Below are positions 8,427-18,341 of a stretch of 64,000 nucleotides of DNA, in pieces. The notes beneath the pieces are model-generated. The model ran no database searches, was not told the DNA's origin, and worked only from the letters and a program-made list of their open reading frames with translations. The translations under genes and the position numbers were made by a program. Source of the stretch: a virus (lineage: Duplodnaviria > Caudoviricetes); the IMG/VR virus record IMGVR_UViG_3300022746_000016, positions 102,548-166,547 of that record; one strand, written 5' to 3'. Numbering within the stretch: the first letter of the stretch is position 1; each line of letters starts with the position of its first letter.

Positions 8427-10892
8427 CGAACTTTCCTCTTGCGTCTTCCAACCTAGTGGCTCAATGACAATTTGTAAGGCATCCAAGAATACCTTTTCGA
8501 ATTGTTTGTCATAGTCAATATATGTATTCAATCCAAATTCGGCAGGTAGCTCTTGGCTGAACGCAATCACATCTTCCTGCAGAGGATTCGGAGTACGAAC
8601 ATACACGAACTTGATCTTATCACCATCTCGGATCGCAGCGTACTTCTTATCAAGTCCATGCTTCTTGATGTAGTGGTTATAAAGTAACGCACCACGAACA
8701 TGGATTGGAGTACCCTTCGTATAAATTGGAGAACCAGCATACTGTTTCATACCGTTGACACCACGAGGGAATGCTACGTCAGCTAGAGGCATCTTGTCAA
8801 AGTCCATCTTGAAGTCTGTGACATACTTATGGAGTTTCTTTTCATCACCTTCTAGAATAACACTAATGGAATCCTTTAGCTTGTCGCGGATGACGGCTGG
8901 AGTAGATGACTTGACCATCTCAAGACCCATAACCTTAACCTTAGGCTTAGCGAACTGCACACCTTCGGAGTTATGGACGTTCATAATGTATCGCTTCTTC
9001 GCAGTCCAGATGGCTTTGTCAGCAAGAACTTCTCGCTTCATAACCATCTTCTGAGAATACGCATTCATATATTGAGCCAATTCCTGATAACCAGTATCAA
9101 TGAATGGTTGGAAAATCTCTTCACAGACTTTGTCCATGTACTTGATCTTCTGTTCAGTGGTCTTACCAGCACAAGTATGTTCAACCAGAGTTTCCAGAGT
9201 CAGGTAGATTGAGTCAGTATCGATCGCAATAATGTAATCTTTACCTTCAGTCTTCATCACCTTGTTCATATATGCATTGATCTTGTTAGCCATCCAACGA
9301 ATGGACAACTGACCCGATGTAGTAATACCCTCAGCCATACGAATATCGAAGTATCGGAAATACTGATTACCCATCGCACCGTAAGCAGAGTTCAAAGCAA
9401 TCTTCATCGCCATCTGCAGGTTGTTCAGTCGGCTAATCTCTTTTAGGAGATGAACCTTTGACTTATCGTTCTGATACTCTTGTTCAACACCAAGCATCTG
9501 CTTCTTGAACTTAGAACGGTCTTTGTACATCTTCTCCATCAACTCGGGCATGAACCCTTTGATGTCTTTACGATAACACCAACCATTGGCAGTTACAGTT
9601 AGGTCTCGCTTGTGAGCGTAGCTAGTATCAACTTCTTGGTTGAGTAGCTTCTCAACAGTCACTGGGAGTTTCTCTGAAGTCAGAGTCTCTGGTGAAATGT
9701 TGTATTGCATAATCAAGTGAGGATACAATGAATTCAAGTCGAACGAAGCAACCCACTTGTGTAGACCAATCAATGGATCTTTAACGAACGCACCTTCAAA
9801 CTGAGCATCTTTACCAGAGTAAGACTTGGCTGGAATGACAATACCCTTTGCGCGCAGATGGTTATAGATGATAGAGTCCCACATACGTACCTGTGAGTAG
9901 ACATCTTCCATATTGATCTTGGCTTGGTAAGCCATGGTCAGATGCAATTCAAGCAGACGCATCTTATCGTCCATTCGGTCAACCAACTCTACGTCATGGA
10001 TGTTATACTCGACGAATTGTTGCCAATGGTTCGTGTAGAAGTCTTTGAATGATTCGCCTGGATTTTCTTTCTTGCGATCTCCAAGTTCTTGCTCGGCAAT
10101 GTAGTCAAGACGATATGACTCTTGCTTTTGGTAAGTGTACTTCTTGTAAAGTTCAAGGTAGTCCAGCTGAGCAATACCCACGATGTCATAATGAATCTCT
10201 TCATTACCTTTAATGAAAGTCTTACGCTCGTTGACATAGCCCCATGGACTAATCTTATTAGCAAAAGTCTCACCAAGTTCACGCGCAATTCGACGAACCA
10301 AATATGGCACGTCAAAAAAGTCAGTGTTCCAACCAGTAATGGCATCTGGATAGTTACCCTGCCAGAAAATCATAAACTCTTTAAGGAGTTGATGCTCTGT
10401 GGCACAGTTGATATAAACTAGATCGTCACGATTGTGAACGAACGCACCAACACCGAACGTGATGATACGCTTAGTGAATAGATCTTTAATCGTAATCAGT
10501 GTCACTTCTTCATTGGCAGTTTTGATATCTGGAAATCCAGATTCAGTCTTTGTCTCAATGTCGATAGTGAAGATCTTGAATAGATCCATGTCCCAGTTAA
10601 CAAGGGTGTCGTAAGTGTCGCTGAGATATTGGTAGGCGTAGTTGGTCTGTCCATAGACTGGAAAACCTTCGATACCTTCGTAACGTTTAATGAAGTCACG
10701 AGTCTCTCGAATAGATCCAGGCTTGACTTCATCAACGAATGTGCCCTCCAGTGTTTGCCACTTGGAGGGTTTCTTTGCTGGGACATAGAGAGTTGGGGAG
10801 AAGTCGATCTTACGTTTGTAAGGACGACCATTCTCGTAACCACGCACAAGGATCTTGTCCCCCATTGCGTGGGCTGATGTGTAAAATTCCAT
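8406..10892 (-). CDS. gp43: Family B DNA polymerase (T4 gp43-like)
   Basis: Exo I DIET, FDLNSLYP, KIALNSAYG, DTDS, KKRY; C-terminal SLEGFFG clamp peptide. Confidence 0.98.
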   Translation of the reverse strand: MEFYTSAHAMGDKILVRGYENGRPYKRKIDFSPTLYVPAKKPSKWQTLEGTFVDEVKPGSIRETRDFIKRYEGIEGFPVYGQTNYAYQYLSDTYDTLVNWDMDLFKIFTIDIETKTESGFPDIKTANEEVTLITIKDLFTKRIITFGVGAFVHNRDDLVYINCATEHQLLKEFMIFWQGNYPDAITGWNTDFFDVPYLVRRIARELGETFANKISPWGYVNERKTFIKGNEEIHYDIVGIAQLDYLELYKKYTYQKQESYRLDYIAEQELGDRKKENPGESFKDFYTNHWQQFVEYNIHDVELVDRMDDKMRLLELHLTMAYQAKINMEDVYSQVRMWDSIIYNHLRAKGIVIPAKSYSGKDAQFEGAFVKDPLIGLHKWVASFDLNSLYPHLIMQYNISPETLTSEKLPVTVEKLLNQEVDTSYAHKRDLTVTANGWCYRKDIKGFMPELMEKMYKDRSKFKKQMLGVEQEYQNDKSKVHLLKEISRLNNLQMAMKIALNSAYGAMGNQYFRYFDIRMAEGITTSGQLSIRWMANKINAYMNKVMKTEGKDYIIAIDTDSIYLTLETLVEHTCAGKTTEQKIKYMDKVCEEIFQPFIDTGYQELAQYMNAYSQKMVMKREVLADKAIWTAKKRYIMNVHNSEGVQFAKPKVKVMGLEMVKSSTPAVIRDKLKDSISVILEGDEKKLHKYVTDFKMDFDKMPLADVAFPRGVNGMKQYAGSPIYTKGTPIHVRGALLYNHYIKKHGLDKKYAAIRDGDKIKFVYVRTPNPLQEDVIAFSQELPAEFGLNTYIDYDKQFEKVFLDALQIVIEPLGWKTQEESSLEGFFG

Positions 10893-10925
10893 TAGTTCTT
10901 TCCGTACATTAGAAACATTAAAAAT

Positions 10926-10933
10926 TATAAATA
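10926..10933 (+). promoter_or_regulatory. T4-type late promoter TATAAATA for the endonuclease (probably leaderless mRNA)
   Basis: Exact TATAAATA ending 5 nt before the ATG at 10939; no SD sequence. Confidence 0.7.
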
Positions 10934-10938
10934 AAAGT

Positions 10939-11544
10939 ATGAAACCTACTATCCCATTTACCTATCTTATCCACTTCAAAGCGACAGACCAATATTATTA
11001 TGGTTCTCGATATAGAAAAGGATGCAACCCATCTGACTTATGGTCAGTATATTATACATCATCTAAAGTTATAAAACAACTAATCTTAGAACACGGTAAA
11101 GATGCGTTCACGGTATCTGTGAGAAAGATATTTAATACAGCAGAAGAGGCTAGAAAATGGGAATCTAGATTCTTAAATAAAGTCAAAGCAGCACAGTCAG
11201 ATAAATGGCTAAACAGGCATAACGGAGATGAGAAATTCTATGGGAGAGGGCACCATGGAAATTTGGGTAAAAAGTTATCACAATCCCATCGAGAAAATAT
11301 TAGCAAAGGGCAACTAGGAATAAAACGTGGTCCATTTTCTGAAGAACATCTAAGAAAAATATCAGAATATCGTCAGGGTAAGAAACATTCTCCTGAAGTA
11401 AAACAGAAAATGTCAGATTCTAGAAAAGGTATATCCAAGACGCTAAACTTAGTTACATGCCCGCATTGTGGTAAATCTGGCAAAGGTGGTAATATGACTA
11501 GATATCATTTCAACAGGTGTGCTCAGCTAACTGCTTTACCATAA
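10939..11544 (+). mobile_element. Free-standing Seg-like GIY-YIG homing endonuclease with NUMOD3-like repeats (antisense, overlaps the exonuclease 3' end)
   Basis: Paralogous N-terminus to 7842 (PFTYLI...YYGSRY...YYTSS); repeats GKKLSQSHRENIS / FSEEHLRKIS / GKKHSPEVKQKMS; C-terminal CPHC...RYHFNRC. Confidence 0.85.
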
Positions 11545-12095
11545 AGTAGTTGCATAGCATCATATGCGCAATCATGCACTGGATGGTGTTTGATAACTTG
11601 TGCTCGCTCGAAGTCTGGATGATCAACACCACAGTAACCATTTGTTGTGCCGTACAAGATATCTACTGCAGTGCGTACATCACGCCACTGTGCATATCCT
11701 GTCAACGGCTCCATGCCTAATTTTGTAGCCAATGAATCGATGGCTAACTGGTCAAGGGAACCACGTGCCCACATAGTTTGTTTACGTGAGTCTGGGTACT
11801 TGTTCATATAGTTATGAAGAATCGTCATACCATCTTCGGCTGAAACGTCTTCGCTAGATGGATCAAGGGAAACACGACGAACATACTCGTGTTGATTCTG
11901 CCACCACTCAAGTGTGGACAGAGTTACAGTGCGCCCGATCTTCGCCTGTTCTTTGGCTTTGAATTTCACAAAGCATGCTTCATCCAACATCTGCTGGTAG
12001 GATGGTTTCTTTTCTGGATCGAAATAGACCAATGCTGCAGATAGAACTACAGCATTGGACTCAACACCAAGTGTTTCAACGTCGAACATAAACAT
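11523..12095 (-). CDS. dexA: DEDDh 3'-5' exonuclease (DexA-like)
   Basis: FDVETLG, WARGSLD, WRDVRT, HHPVHDC. Confidence 0.8.
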   Translation of the reverse strand: MFMFDVETLGVESNAVVLSAALVYFDPEKKPSYQQMLDEACFVKFKAKEQAKIGRTVTLSTLEWWQNQHEYVRRVSLDPSSEDVSAEDGMTILHNYMNKYPDSRKQTMWARGSLDQLAIDSLATKLGMEPLTGYAQWRDVRTAVDILYGTTNGYCGVDHPDFERAQVIKHHPVHDCAYDAMQLLYGKAVS

Positions 12096-12097
12096 AA

Positions 12098-12304
12098 TTA
12101 AACCTCTCGGTTGCTAACGCAACTCTCAAATGTATCCCACAATTTATTAAATTTGATATCATACAAAGTCTTCAAACCGAGCAACAGATTAGCCAGTTGA
12201 TCTGGATCATTACCTTCCATTGACAATTCATATGCTAGCTGGATGTCATCAGTAACTTTCCATGCATCGAGGAGCTGCTGCTCTAAAACAAATCGATCAG
12301 TCAT
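12098..12304 (-). CDS. Hypothetical protein
   Basis: Start reassigned to MTDRF (12304); fits operon packing. Confidence 0.6.
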   Translation of the reverse strand: MTDRFVLEQQLLDAWKVTDDIQLAYELSMEGNDPDQLANLLLGLKTLYDIKFNKLWDTFESCVSNREV

Positions 12305-12704
12305 TGCTATTCTTTCTTGCTTGATATTCTGCTTCGTGTTTATCACACAGAGTGCGAATCCATCCACCACCACGTTGCTTACCAAGTTCACCGCAAGTTT
12401 CACATGTACGATTAGCCCAGTCTTCAGCCATCTGTACTAAACCACGAACGTAGTCATCTCCACCATCATAGTAGAAACGCAGTCCACCGAACTTCTCTTT
12501 AATCTGAGCCACAACTACCTGAGGTACAACTTGATCATTTCGGTTAGCCCAGTCAATGTGTTGTTGGATATTGGCACAAAGCACACTAATGATTGGCCAC
12601 CAACCTTTACCTATGGCAAAGCCACCATAAGCACCAACGAACATAGCAGGATATTCTTCCTCCATCCGTTTAGCAAAGGCGTCATACTCTTTCATATCAT
12701 CCAT
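12297..12704 (-). CDS. Conserved phage hypothetical protein with Zn-ribbon-like CxxC
   Basis: QIKEKFGGLRFY motif and CETCG...TLCDKH. Confidence 0.75.
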   Translation of the reverse strand: MDDMKEYDAFAKRMEEEYPAMFVGAYGGFAIGKGWWPIISVLCANIQQHIDWANRNDQVVPQVVVAQIKEKFGGLRFYYDGGDDYVRGLVQMAEDWANRTCETCGELGKQRGGGWIRTLCDKHEAEYQARKNSND

Positions 12705-12706
12705 TA

Positions 12707-13060
12707 TTATCCCCAAGTTCTATGATTTTCAGCGATGTGTTCAATACCATCATACTCTCCGATGTGCCAGTTAATTCCATCTGGGATTTCCACAACAGCT
12801 AACTCTGCGCAATCACCCCATGATGCCTCACCCATCTGCTCGACAACTTTCACGAGGTTTGGATCAGTCCGTTCGATCTCATACTCGCTCCAGTAGTTCT
12901 CATCAGAAATACTATCTCTGTAGTACTCGTAACGCATGATGCTTCGTTCTGGATACTTGTCCACAACGATCATGGTGATACCAGCCAGTGCTGCATACTT
13001 CACAATAGCCTCATGGCTCAAACCAAAGCCACCAAAGCAACGATTGATTACAACTTTCAT
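12707..13060 (-). CDS. Conserved phage hypothetical protein
   Basis: KVVINRCFGGFGLS...RTDPNLVKVVE...EYDGIE. Confidence 0.75.
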   Translation of the reverse strand: MKVVINRCFGGFGLSHEAIVKYAALAGITMIVVDKYPERSIMRYEYYRDSISDENYWSEYEIERTDPNLVKVVEQMGEASWGDCAELAVVEIPDGINWHIGEYDGIEHIAENHRTWG

Positions 13061-14352
13061 TTAATGTCCTTAGACGAGTCCGCAACTTCTTTGTCATCAC
13101 GAATCTCGAGAATGATAGGGAGGAACAAAGATTCTTCCCCAGCTTTGTTCTTGATTCTAGTATTATACTTGATCGCTGCGATCTTGTCAATTATTTCTTT
13201 ACCGAGAGTCTTGCGTTGGTCATCAGAGAAGCCAGAGCCAACTCGAACTTTAATTACACCATCGGCAGATTCACAGAGAATTGCACCAAGCATACCTGCA
13301 TACTTACCAGTACCTTCTTCGATACCTACAATCTTCAGATCGCATTCCAACTCACCTTTGAATTTGATCTGAGTCTTGGATCGTTTATCTTCCCAAACAC
13401 CACTGAGGTCTTTCAGGATGATACCTTCTTGACCCATGGACAGATATCGTTCGAAGATTACATTGGCTTCTTCGATATTCTGAACAACAGTCTTTTGGAC
13501 CAAATAAACTTTGTCTGGCTCATGAGTAGCCAGAAGATTAGCCAGAGTTTCGATTCGTTTCGAATATGGTGTACCACAGTATCCAGTTTCGAACATTACA
13601 TAAGGGATGATATCCCAAACAGTGGCACGAACCTTCGCTGCATCGGCTGCAGAGATTGTACCCTTGTTTGCTTTGTTAAGAATACCGTTGCCAGTTTGAC
13701 GATCGAGAATCTTGTCACCTTCCATGACCAGAAGTTCACCATCGAACACGCAGTCTATTGGACCAGCCATATCGATGAAGTCTTGTTCGAGGTTGCCAAG
13801 CAGTTGAATCTCTTTACCATTTCGGCTACGAAATTCGCATTTACCATCACGAACAATAGCGTTGAATCGCATACCATCCATCTTCAGCTGAACCATTGCT
13901 GGGAATTTAATCTTATCCACTAGCTTCTGCTCGAAAGGTGAGCAGAGCATAACAGGATATTCTATAATCAAACCCATCCACACATCATTGGCAGTAGATG
14001 CTTGCACACCACACTTCAGATCTTTCTGGATGATTCTCTCCATAACCTTAGCATCATCAGGCGAGAGGGCTTGTAGGATATTAGTTAAGTGGTCAATGGC
14101 TGCGTTACCAGTAACCAAACGCTCACGCAGATCGTAGAGAGCAGGGAGCATTGATGCTAATGAAGCAGGATGTCCAGTCGTGTTAGGTGTGTACGCTGGA
14201 ATCTTGCGTTGATAGAATTGAGTGAATGGACACAATGCCAGTCGAATCACTTCACGTAGCAACTCATTGTCTTTGTTTGCTTCCAACTGATCACGTTTGA
14301 AGTTGCGAGATGAGTTAGCAGCGAGGGATTCGAGGAATTTGTGGATGTTCAT
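13057..14352 (-). CDS. gp30: ATP-dependent DNA ligase (T4 gp30-like)
   Basis: KMDGMR adenylation motif, FDGEL, EGIILK, SLFLP. Confidence 0.95.
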   Translation of the reverse strand: MNIHKFLESLAANSSRNFKRDQLEANKDNELLREVIRLALCPFTQFYQRKIPAYTPNTTGHPASLASMLPALYDLRERLVTGNAAIDHLTNILQALSPDDAKVMERIIQKDLKCGVQASTANDVWMGLIIEYPVMLCSPFEQKLVDKIKFPAMVQLKMDGMRFNAIVRDGKCEFRSRNGKEIQLLGNLEQDFIDMAGPIDCVFDGELLVMEGDKILDRQTGNGILNKANKGTISAADAAKVRATVWDIIPYVMFETGYCGTPYSKRIETLANLLATHEPDKVYLVQKTVVQNIEEANVIFERYLSMGQEGIILKDLSGVWEDKRSKTQIKFKGELECDLKIVGIEEGTGKYAGMLGAILCESADGVIKVRVGSGFSDDQRKTLGKEIIDKIAAIKYNTRIKNKAGEESLFLPIILEIRDDKEVADSSKDIK

Positions 14353-14531
14353 TTTAACTCTTTGAATGTTCTATATTTGGTGTAGAAGGGCAGAGGCTTG
14401 GAAAACTTCTTCGTTGTCTTTGTATCGACATTGTAGAACGCAACCAGCTTGCACTTATCGTCAGTGACATAGTAGATGTGATTAGAAACCTTCTGGCTCC
14501 AATCCTTGGTTGTCTCTTGCAAGACTCTCAT
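14349..14531 (-). CDS. Small early hypothetical protein
   Basis: Start MRVLQE; ATGA-coupled. Confidence 0.6.
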   Translation of the reverse strand: MRVLQETTKDWSQKVSNHIYYVTDDKCKLVAFYNVDTKTTKKFSKPLPFYTKYRTFKELK

Positions 14532-14671
14532 TTCTTCATCCAAGTACGGGCACCAGATGGAGCCTTCTTTTTGGTTTCGATGACTTGGACTGTGCCACCA
14601 CGTTTGAGAAAAGCCTTCAATTGTTTTTCGGTTTCAGCACGCAACTCAGCTTTGGATTTTACTTGGAACAT
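14528..14671 (-). CDS. Small basic early hypothetical protein
   Basis: Start MFQVKS behind an AAGGGTG RBS; contains AFLKRGG. Confidence 0.55.
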   Translation of the reverse strand: MFQVKSKAELRAETEKQLKAFLKRGGTVQVIETKKKAPSGARTWMKK

Positions 14672-14684
14672 AGTCACCCTTTCA

Positions 14685-14882
14685 TTAAACAAAATCGTAC
14701 GCAGTTTCAGAACCAACTCGAGAGATGATTATACCACACTTCAACTTTTTAAGCAAGGCAGTTTCGAGTTTGACAGCTTCAGGTACTGAACACTCAACGA
14801 ACAGCGAACCGCAAGTAAACGATGCAGGAACATTACCCAAAACACTAGACACTTCAACCAACACGTCTTTTTCGAAACTCAT
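14685..14882 (-). CDS. Small early hypothetical protein
   Basis: Start MSFEKD behind AAGGA; first gene after the promoter. Confidence 0.6.
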   Translation of the reverse strand: MSFEKDVLVEVSSVLGNVPASFTCGSLFVECSVPEAVKLETALLKKLKCGIIISRVGSETAYDFV

Positions 14883-14913
14883 TTTCAGATCCTTTTCTCG
14901 ATTCATTAGATAT

Positions 14914-14993
14914 ATTATCGCTCAGAATCAAATAAAAGGCAACAACTAAATGCAATAACCCTACAATCCTGAGGGGATTGTAAGTTGTTGATT
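14914..14993 (-). promoter_or_regulatory. Early sigma70-like promoter with upstream palindrome and IHF-like site
   Basis: TTGCCT-17-GATAAT (14942-14914); CCCTAC-aatcc-TGAGGG at 14959-14975; AATCAACAACTTA on the minus strand at 14993-14981. Confidence 0.7.
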
Positions 14994-15004
14994 TATAAGG
15001 GATT

Positions 15005-16333
15005 TTAGAAGGCTTCTAGGACGTGTATAGGGAACACGTCATTCAGGGGCTGGAACCCCCACTCTGGGAGGTCGTAGGAACCTTTAGAGAGGCTTTTAGA
15101 GGGTCTTAGACCGATCTTAGGGTACAGGTCTTCGGTAAGCCACCAAGCATGCGAGATGACGATTTTAGAGCCTTCTTTTAGGTTTGCTCGGACATTCGTA
15201 AAGAACTTCAGGCGATCTTCTGAGGTGCAGTGGTTCAGAACGGAAAAGAGCAGGATGTAGTCGAACTTACCTTCGAACTGAAAATCTTTCACGACATATA
15301 GAGTTGGATTCTTTTCAGAACCTTCGGTTAGCTCTTTTGCAACTTTGATGAAGCTGTCGTTAAAATCAACGCCTGTGTAGTTCGATTCGTTCAAGTAAGA
15401 GATCAGATGTTCACCTGCTCTTAATGGACCACAACCAACATCAACCAGTTTGTGTTCTGGTTTTAATCCATTATCGATAAGAAGTTGAAGTTGGAACTGT
15501 CCTCGTTTATCCCATCGTTCTGCCTTACCACCAATCTGTTGTTTGTATGTTTCAGAATCAATGACTACTTTGCTATAGTCTTTCGGTAAACAGATAAAGG
15601 TATCATCAACGTAGTCATTGTTTGGTCCAGCAAAGTGAACAAGAACAGATCTTGGGTTTAGCTTATCACCAACAATAAGTTCACCACCGACTCTGTCTCG
15701 ATATAAGTCAGCCATCTTATCCATAAATCCTAAAGAAGAATCATACTTAACGATATACTCTTTTGGCCAGAATACTATGTCATGAGTCTTCTGAAGGTTT
15801 TGCCAGATGAATCTCTGCTCACCAAAGAATGGTGGGAACTTCTCTTTATACAAACCACTTTTAGAACCTAGATGATAATGCATCATCCAGTAGCTTGGAC
15901 GTTCTAAGAATTTCTGTAGCACATGGAGGTTGGATCCATCTGCTTTGAACTTTGATACACCAGAGTTAATAGGTGTGCCGATCTGATTCGTCCACCATCT
16001 GAATGCATATAACTGTTCGCCAGTATTGACTGGGTACTTGATAAGTTTCTCTGGATCTCCGATGAACACTTGATCAATATCCATAATGATAACTTCATCA
16101 TCAGAAGAAGCACCAATAAAGTTTGGATCGAAGAAACGAAGTTTGTTCCACTGTCTTTTTAAAAGAGGATCCTCACCAATAGGTATGACTACAATATTTT
16201 CGTCTAATCCAGAAGCATCCTCAGTCATACAAATGAATCGAATATCTGGAATGTGTTTGATGCTATTGTATAAACGATTCACATTCTTTGATGGGTACTT
16301 GGTACCATACTTGAGAGTACAAATGTGTATCAT
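15005..16333 (-). CDS. Glycosyltransferase (GT-A, DxD) fused to a class I SAM methyltransferase
   Basis: N-terminal CTLKYGTKY...WNKL...MDID...VHFAG; C-terminal LVDVGCG...GVD...FDYILLFSVLNH. Confidence 0.75.
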   Translation of the reverse strand: MIHICTLKYGTKYPSKNVNRLYNSIKHIPDIRFICMTEDASGLDENIVVIPIGEDPLLKRQWNKLRFFDPNFIGASSDDEVIIMDIDQVFIGDPEKLIKYPVNTGEQLYAFRWWTNQIGTPINSGVSKFKADGSNLHVLQKFLERPSYWMMHYHLGSKSGLYKEKFPPFFGEQRFIWQNLQKTHDIVFWPKEYIVKYDSSLGFMDKMADLYRDRVGGELIVGDKLNPRSVLVHFAGPNNDYVDDTFICLPKDYSKVVIDSETYKQQIGGKAERWDKRGQFQLQLLIDNGLKPEHKLVDVGCGPLRAGEHLISYLNESNYTGVDFNDSFIKVAKELTEGSEKNPTLYVVKDFQFEGKFDYILLFSVLNHCTSEDRLKFFTNVRANLKEGSKIVISHAWWLTEDLYPKIGLRPSKSLSKGSYDLPEWGFQPLNDVFPIHVLEAF

Positions 16334-16920
16334 TGTTCGTATCCAAACATTTCAAAATCTTGTTTAAAATAAGTTCTTACCATCTCTCGGCTTTCATCAT
16401 CATACATTTCTTCAGTTGGTTTTCTATCTGGATTGACACGTTCTTGTGGAACTACAATACCAGTCTCACGTTGGAATGTTTCCATATCTTCCATCTTGAA
16501 AATTCTAATATCAGATTTAGAATCCAAGTAACTGCTCTGAAGAAGAAAGTGGTGTGACACCGTAAGATAGTTGGCTAACTCGAATGTGTTAAAGTGAAAG
16601 AACTTTAACCACTCTTTGAAGTCTAAACTTAGAAATTTCTGATAAAACTCAATAGACTTTCTTCGCATAAAATGCGGTGGCTTGATATGTTTCTGTAAAT
16701 GGAAATATGTACTGACTGCTCTATCGTATGGGTTGCGCACGAACGTGAATGAGTAGTCTGGTGTGAAGTTATGGAACCTACATCTCGCCTCTAACTGTGC
16801 ATGAGTTAGATGAGATACCATCCACTCAATAGGAAAATTGTGATCAGGAGAATCTACAAGTGCCGTACGAATGGATGTCCCAGCTGTTTTTGGGATATGC
16901 AGGAACAGAACATTTTTCAT
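16330..16920 (-). CDS. Sulfotransferase (paralog of 6692-7270)
   Basis: FLHIPKTAGTS, RNPYDRAVS, FKQDFEMFGY. Confidence 0.85.
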   Translation of the reverse strand: MKNVLFLHIPKTAGTSIRTALVDSPDHNFPIEWMVSHLTHAQLEARCRFHNFTPDYSFTFVRNPYDRAVSTYFHLQKHIKPPHFMRRKSIEFYQKFLSLDFKEWLKFFHFNTFELANYLTVSHHFLLQSSYLDSKSDIRIFKMEDMETFQRETGIVVPQERVNPDRKPTEEMYDDESREMVRTYFKQDFEMFGYEQ

Positions 16921-16921
16921 A

Positions 16922-17839
16922 TCAAAGATGTTTAATTGGGATAACTTTCTTTTTAATAGAAATGTCTTGATTCATTGTAATGTACTGTTTTGTCTCAGGA
17001 CAAGATGAACATACATCTTCAGCAGTGTAAACAGTCTGCAAGAATTCTTCTACAGCAGAGTTATCATTAATATCTACACCATCATATTTTAAATATGGAG
17101 CCCACTCTGGATCATCTAGCTGTTCTTTAATAGCTAGCATATCTGAAAGGTACGCTGTATGAGAACACTTATATAATTTACCCTTATACAACTGAGGGCA
17201 ATTAGTCTCGCAGATCTTGAATGCTTTGTCTTTGTCAGAGTTAAATGGATAGACTTTATCACCTTCATACTTGATGATATGCCCCCAGATCTCTTTCTTA
17301 CGTTGCCATTCATTGGAGATCTCAATCCATCCAAAGTCTTGATCTTCATACAAAGTGTTTCTTCGCATGAACTTAATATTTTTGGCTATAGCTTTCTTAT
17401 AAAAATCTAAAACCTTCTCAGCAAGATTGTCTCTACTCTTATCACCTGGACCAACGTGGACTGATATTTTTAAAGTCATTCCACGTTCAACTAAATCAAG
17501 CAACCAATCGTCATGCTTATTAACATAGAAACCATTGGTCAACAACTTAACCTTCTTACCCTTTGAGATAAGATACTCACATACAGCTTTAGTGCCTTTG
17601 GGGTTGAGCAATGGCTCTCCACCAAGAATGTGGAATGTTCTTATCTCAGTTTTTTCTAGAAGGATTTCTAAGTCTTTGATAAGCTGTTCAATGTCTACAG
17701 ATTCGGAGACATCAACAAACTCTGAGTGATGAGAGCAACCAGAGCAAGTTAGGTTACATCCCATATGTGTATGGACATTTAGACGTTCTAAATTTCCACC
17801 ATACTTTTCTAGTATGGATTTTGCAAGATCGCCTTGCAT
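16922..17839 (-). CDS. Radical SAM protein
   Basis: CNLTCSGC (CxxxCxxC), LGGEPLL, TNG; C-terminal Cys cluster (CETNC...YKC...CSSC). Confidence 0.9.
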   Translation of the reverse strand: MQGDLAKSILEKYGGNLERLNVHTHMGCNLTCSGCSHHSEFVDVSESVDIEQLIKDLEILLEKTEIRTFHILGGEPLLNPKGTKAVCEYLISKGKKVKLLTNGFYVNKHDDWLLDLVERGMTLKISVHVGPGDKSRDNLAEKVLDFYKKAIAKNIKFMRRNTLYEDQDFGWIEISNEWQRKKEIWGHIIKYEGDKVYPFNSDKDKAFKICETNCPQLYKGKLYKCSHTAYLSDMLAIKEQLDDPEWAPYLKYDGVDINDNSAVEEFLQTVYTAEDVCSSCPETKQYITMNQDISIKKKVIPIKHL

Positions 17840-17841
17840 GA

Positions 17842-18123
17842 TTAAGGCATCACGTTAGCGATCTGGATTCCTGTACCGAAACGAGAGCTATACTCATTTC
17901 GCATTTCTACTGCTGGTTCACCTTCTGATGCAATTGCTGACTTATTCAGATAGATTTTACCATCAACGTATGGCATGTATGGTGCCAGTCCTACGCTAAT
18001 GCCAGAGTCTGTTGGTTGTAATACGATATTAGCTGCGTTGTCTAAATGATAACCACTATCAGAAGATGAGGATACATCAGCAATAAGTTCTTCACCATTA
18101 ATCAATTTAAATACTTTAATCAT
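17842..18123 (-). CDS. Conserved T4-like hypothetical protein (Sm-like fold suspected)
   Basis: KLINGEELIA...GLAPYMPY...FGTGI. Confidence 0.7.
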   Translation of the reverse strand: MIKVFKLINGEELIADVSSSSDSGYHLDNAANIVLQPTDSGISVGLAPYMPYVDGKIYLNKSAIASEGEPAVEMRNEYSSRFGTGIQIANVMP

Positions 18124-18124
18124 T

Positions 18125-18328
18125 TCATTCCTCTATAACAAGTTGTTCAATAAAATCTGCTGCTGCGTTTTGGTCTTGGAAAAACTTTATGTGAGTAGTT
18201 TCCATATCGAAGCAGTGTTGTGCGACTACCATAATCTGTTTGTTCTTATAAACAGATACCTTGAGTATCCAATCGCCACGTCGGACGGTGACGAACGAGA
18301 TAAGGTTGGGTGATAGTCTTGCTTTCAT
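18125..18328 (-). CDS. Hypothetical protein
   Basis: 67-aa ORF directly after a TAAATA late-promoter motif. Confidence 0.65.
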   Translation of the reverse strand: MKARLSPNLISFVTVRRGDWILKVSVYKNKQIMVVAQHCFDMETTHIKFFQDQNAAADFIEQLVIEE

Positions 18329-18334
18329 ACCTAA

Positions 18335-18341
18335 TATTTAG
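18335..18341 (-). promoter_or_regulatory. Late-promoter-like CTAAATA ahead of the 18328-15005 operon
   Basis: Same CTAAATA motif that precedes gp3, gp18 and fibre genes; ATG 6 nt downstream. Confidence 0.55.

Noticed and set aside
13216-13923. 235-aa plus-strand ORF and the many other antisense or alternate-frame ORFs
   Set aside because: They are shadows of well-supported minus-strand genes (here the ligase), with no motifs, RBS or promoters.
15005-15140. G-run-rich composition at gene ends upstream of early promoters (also near 25412-25500)
   Set aside because: An impression by eye only; not evident at the other two promoters and partly explained by Pro codons.
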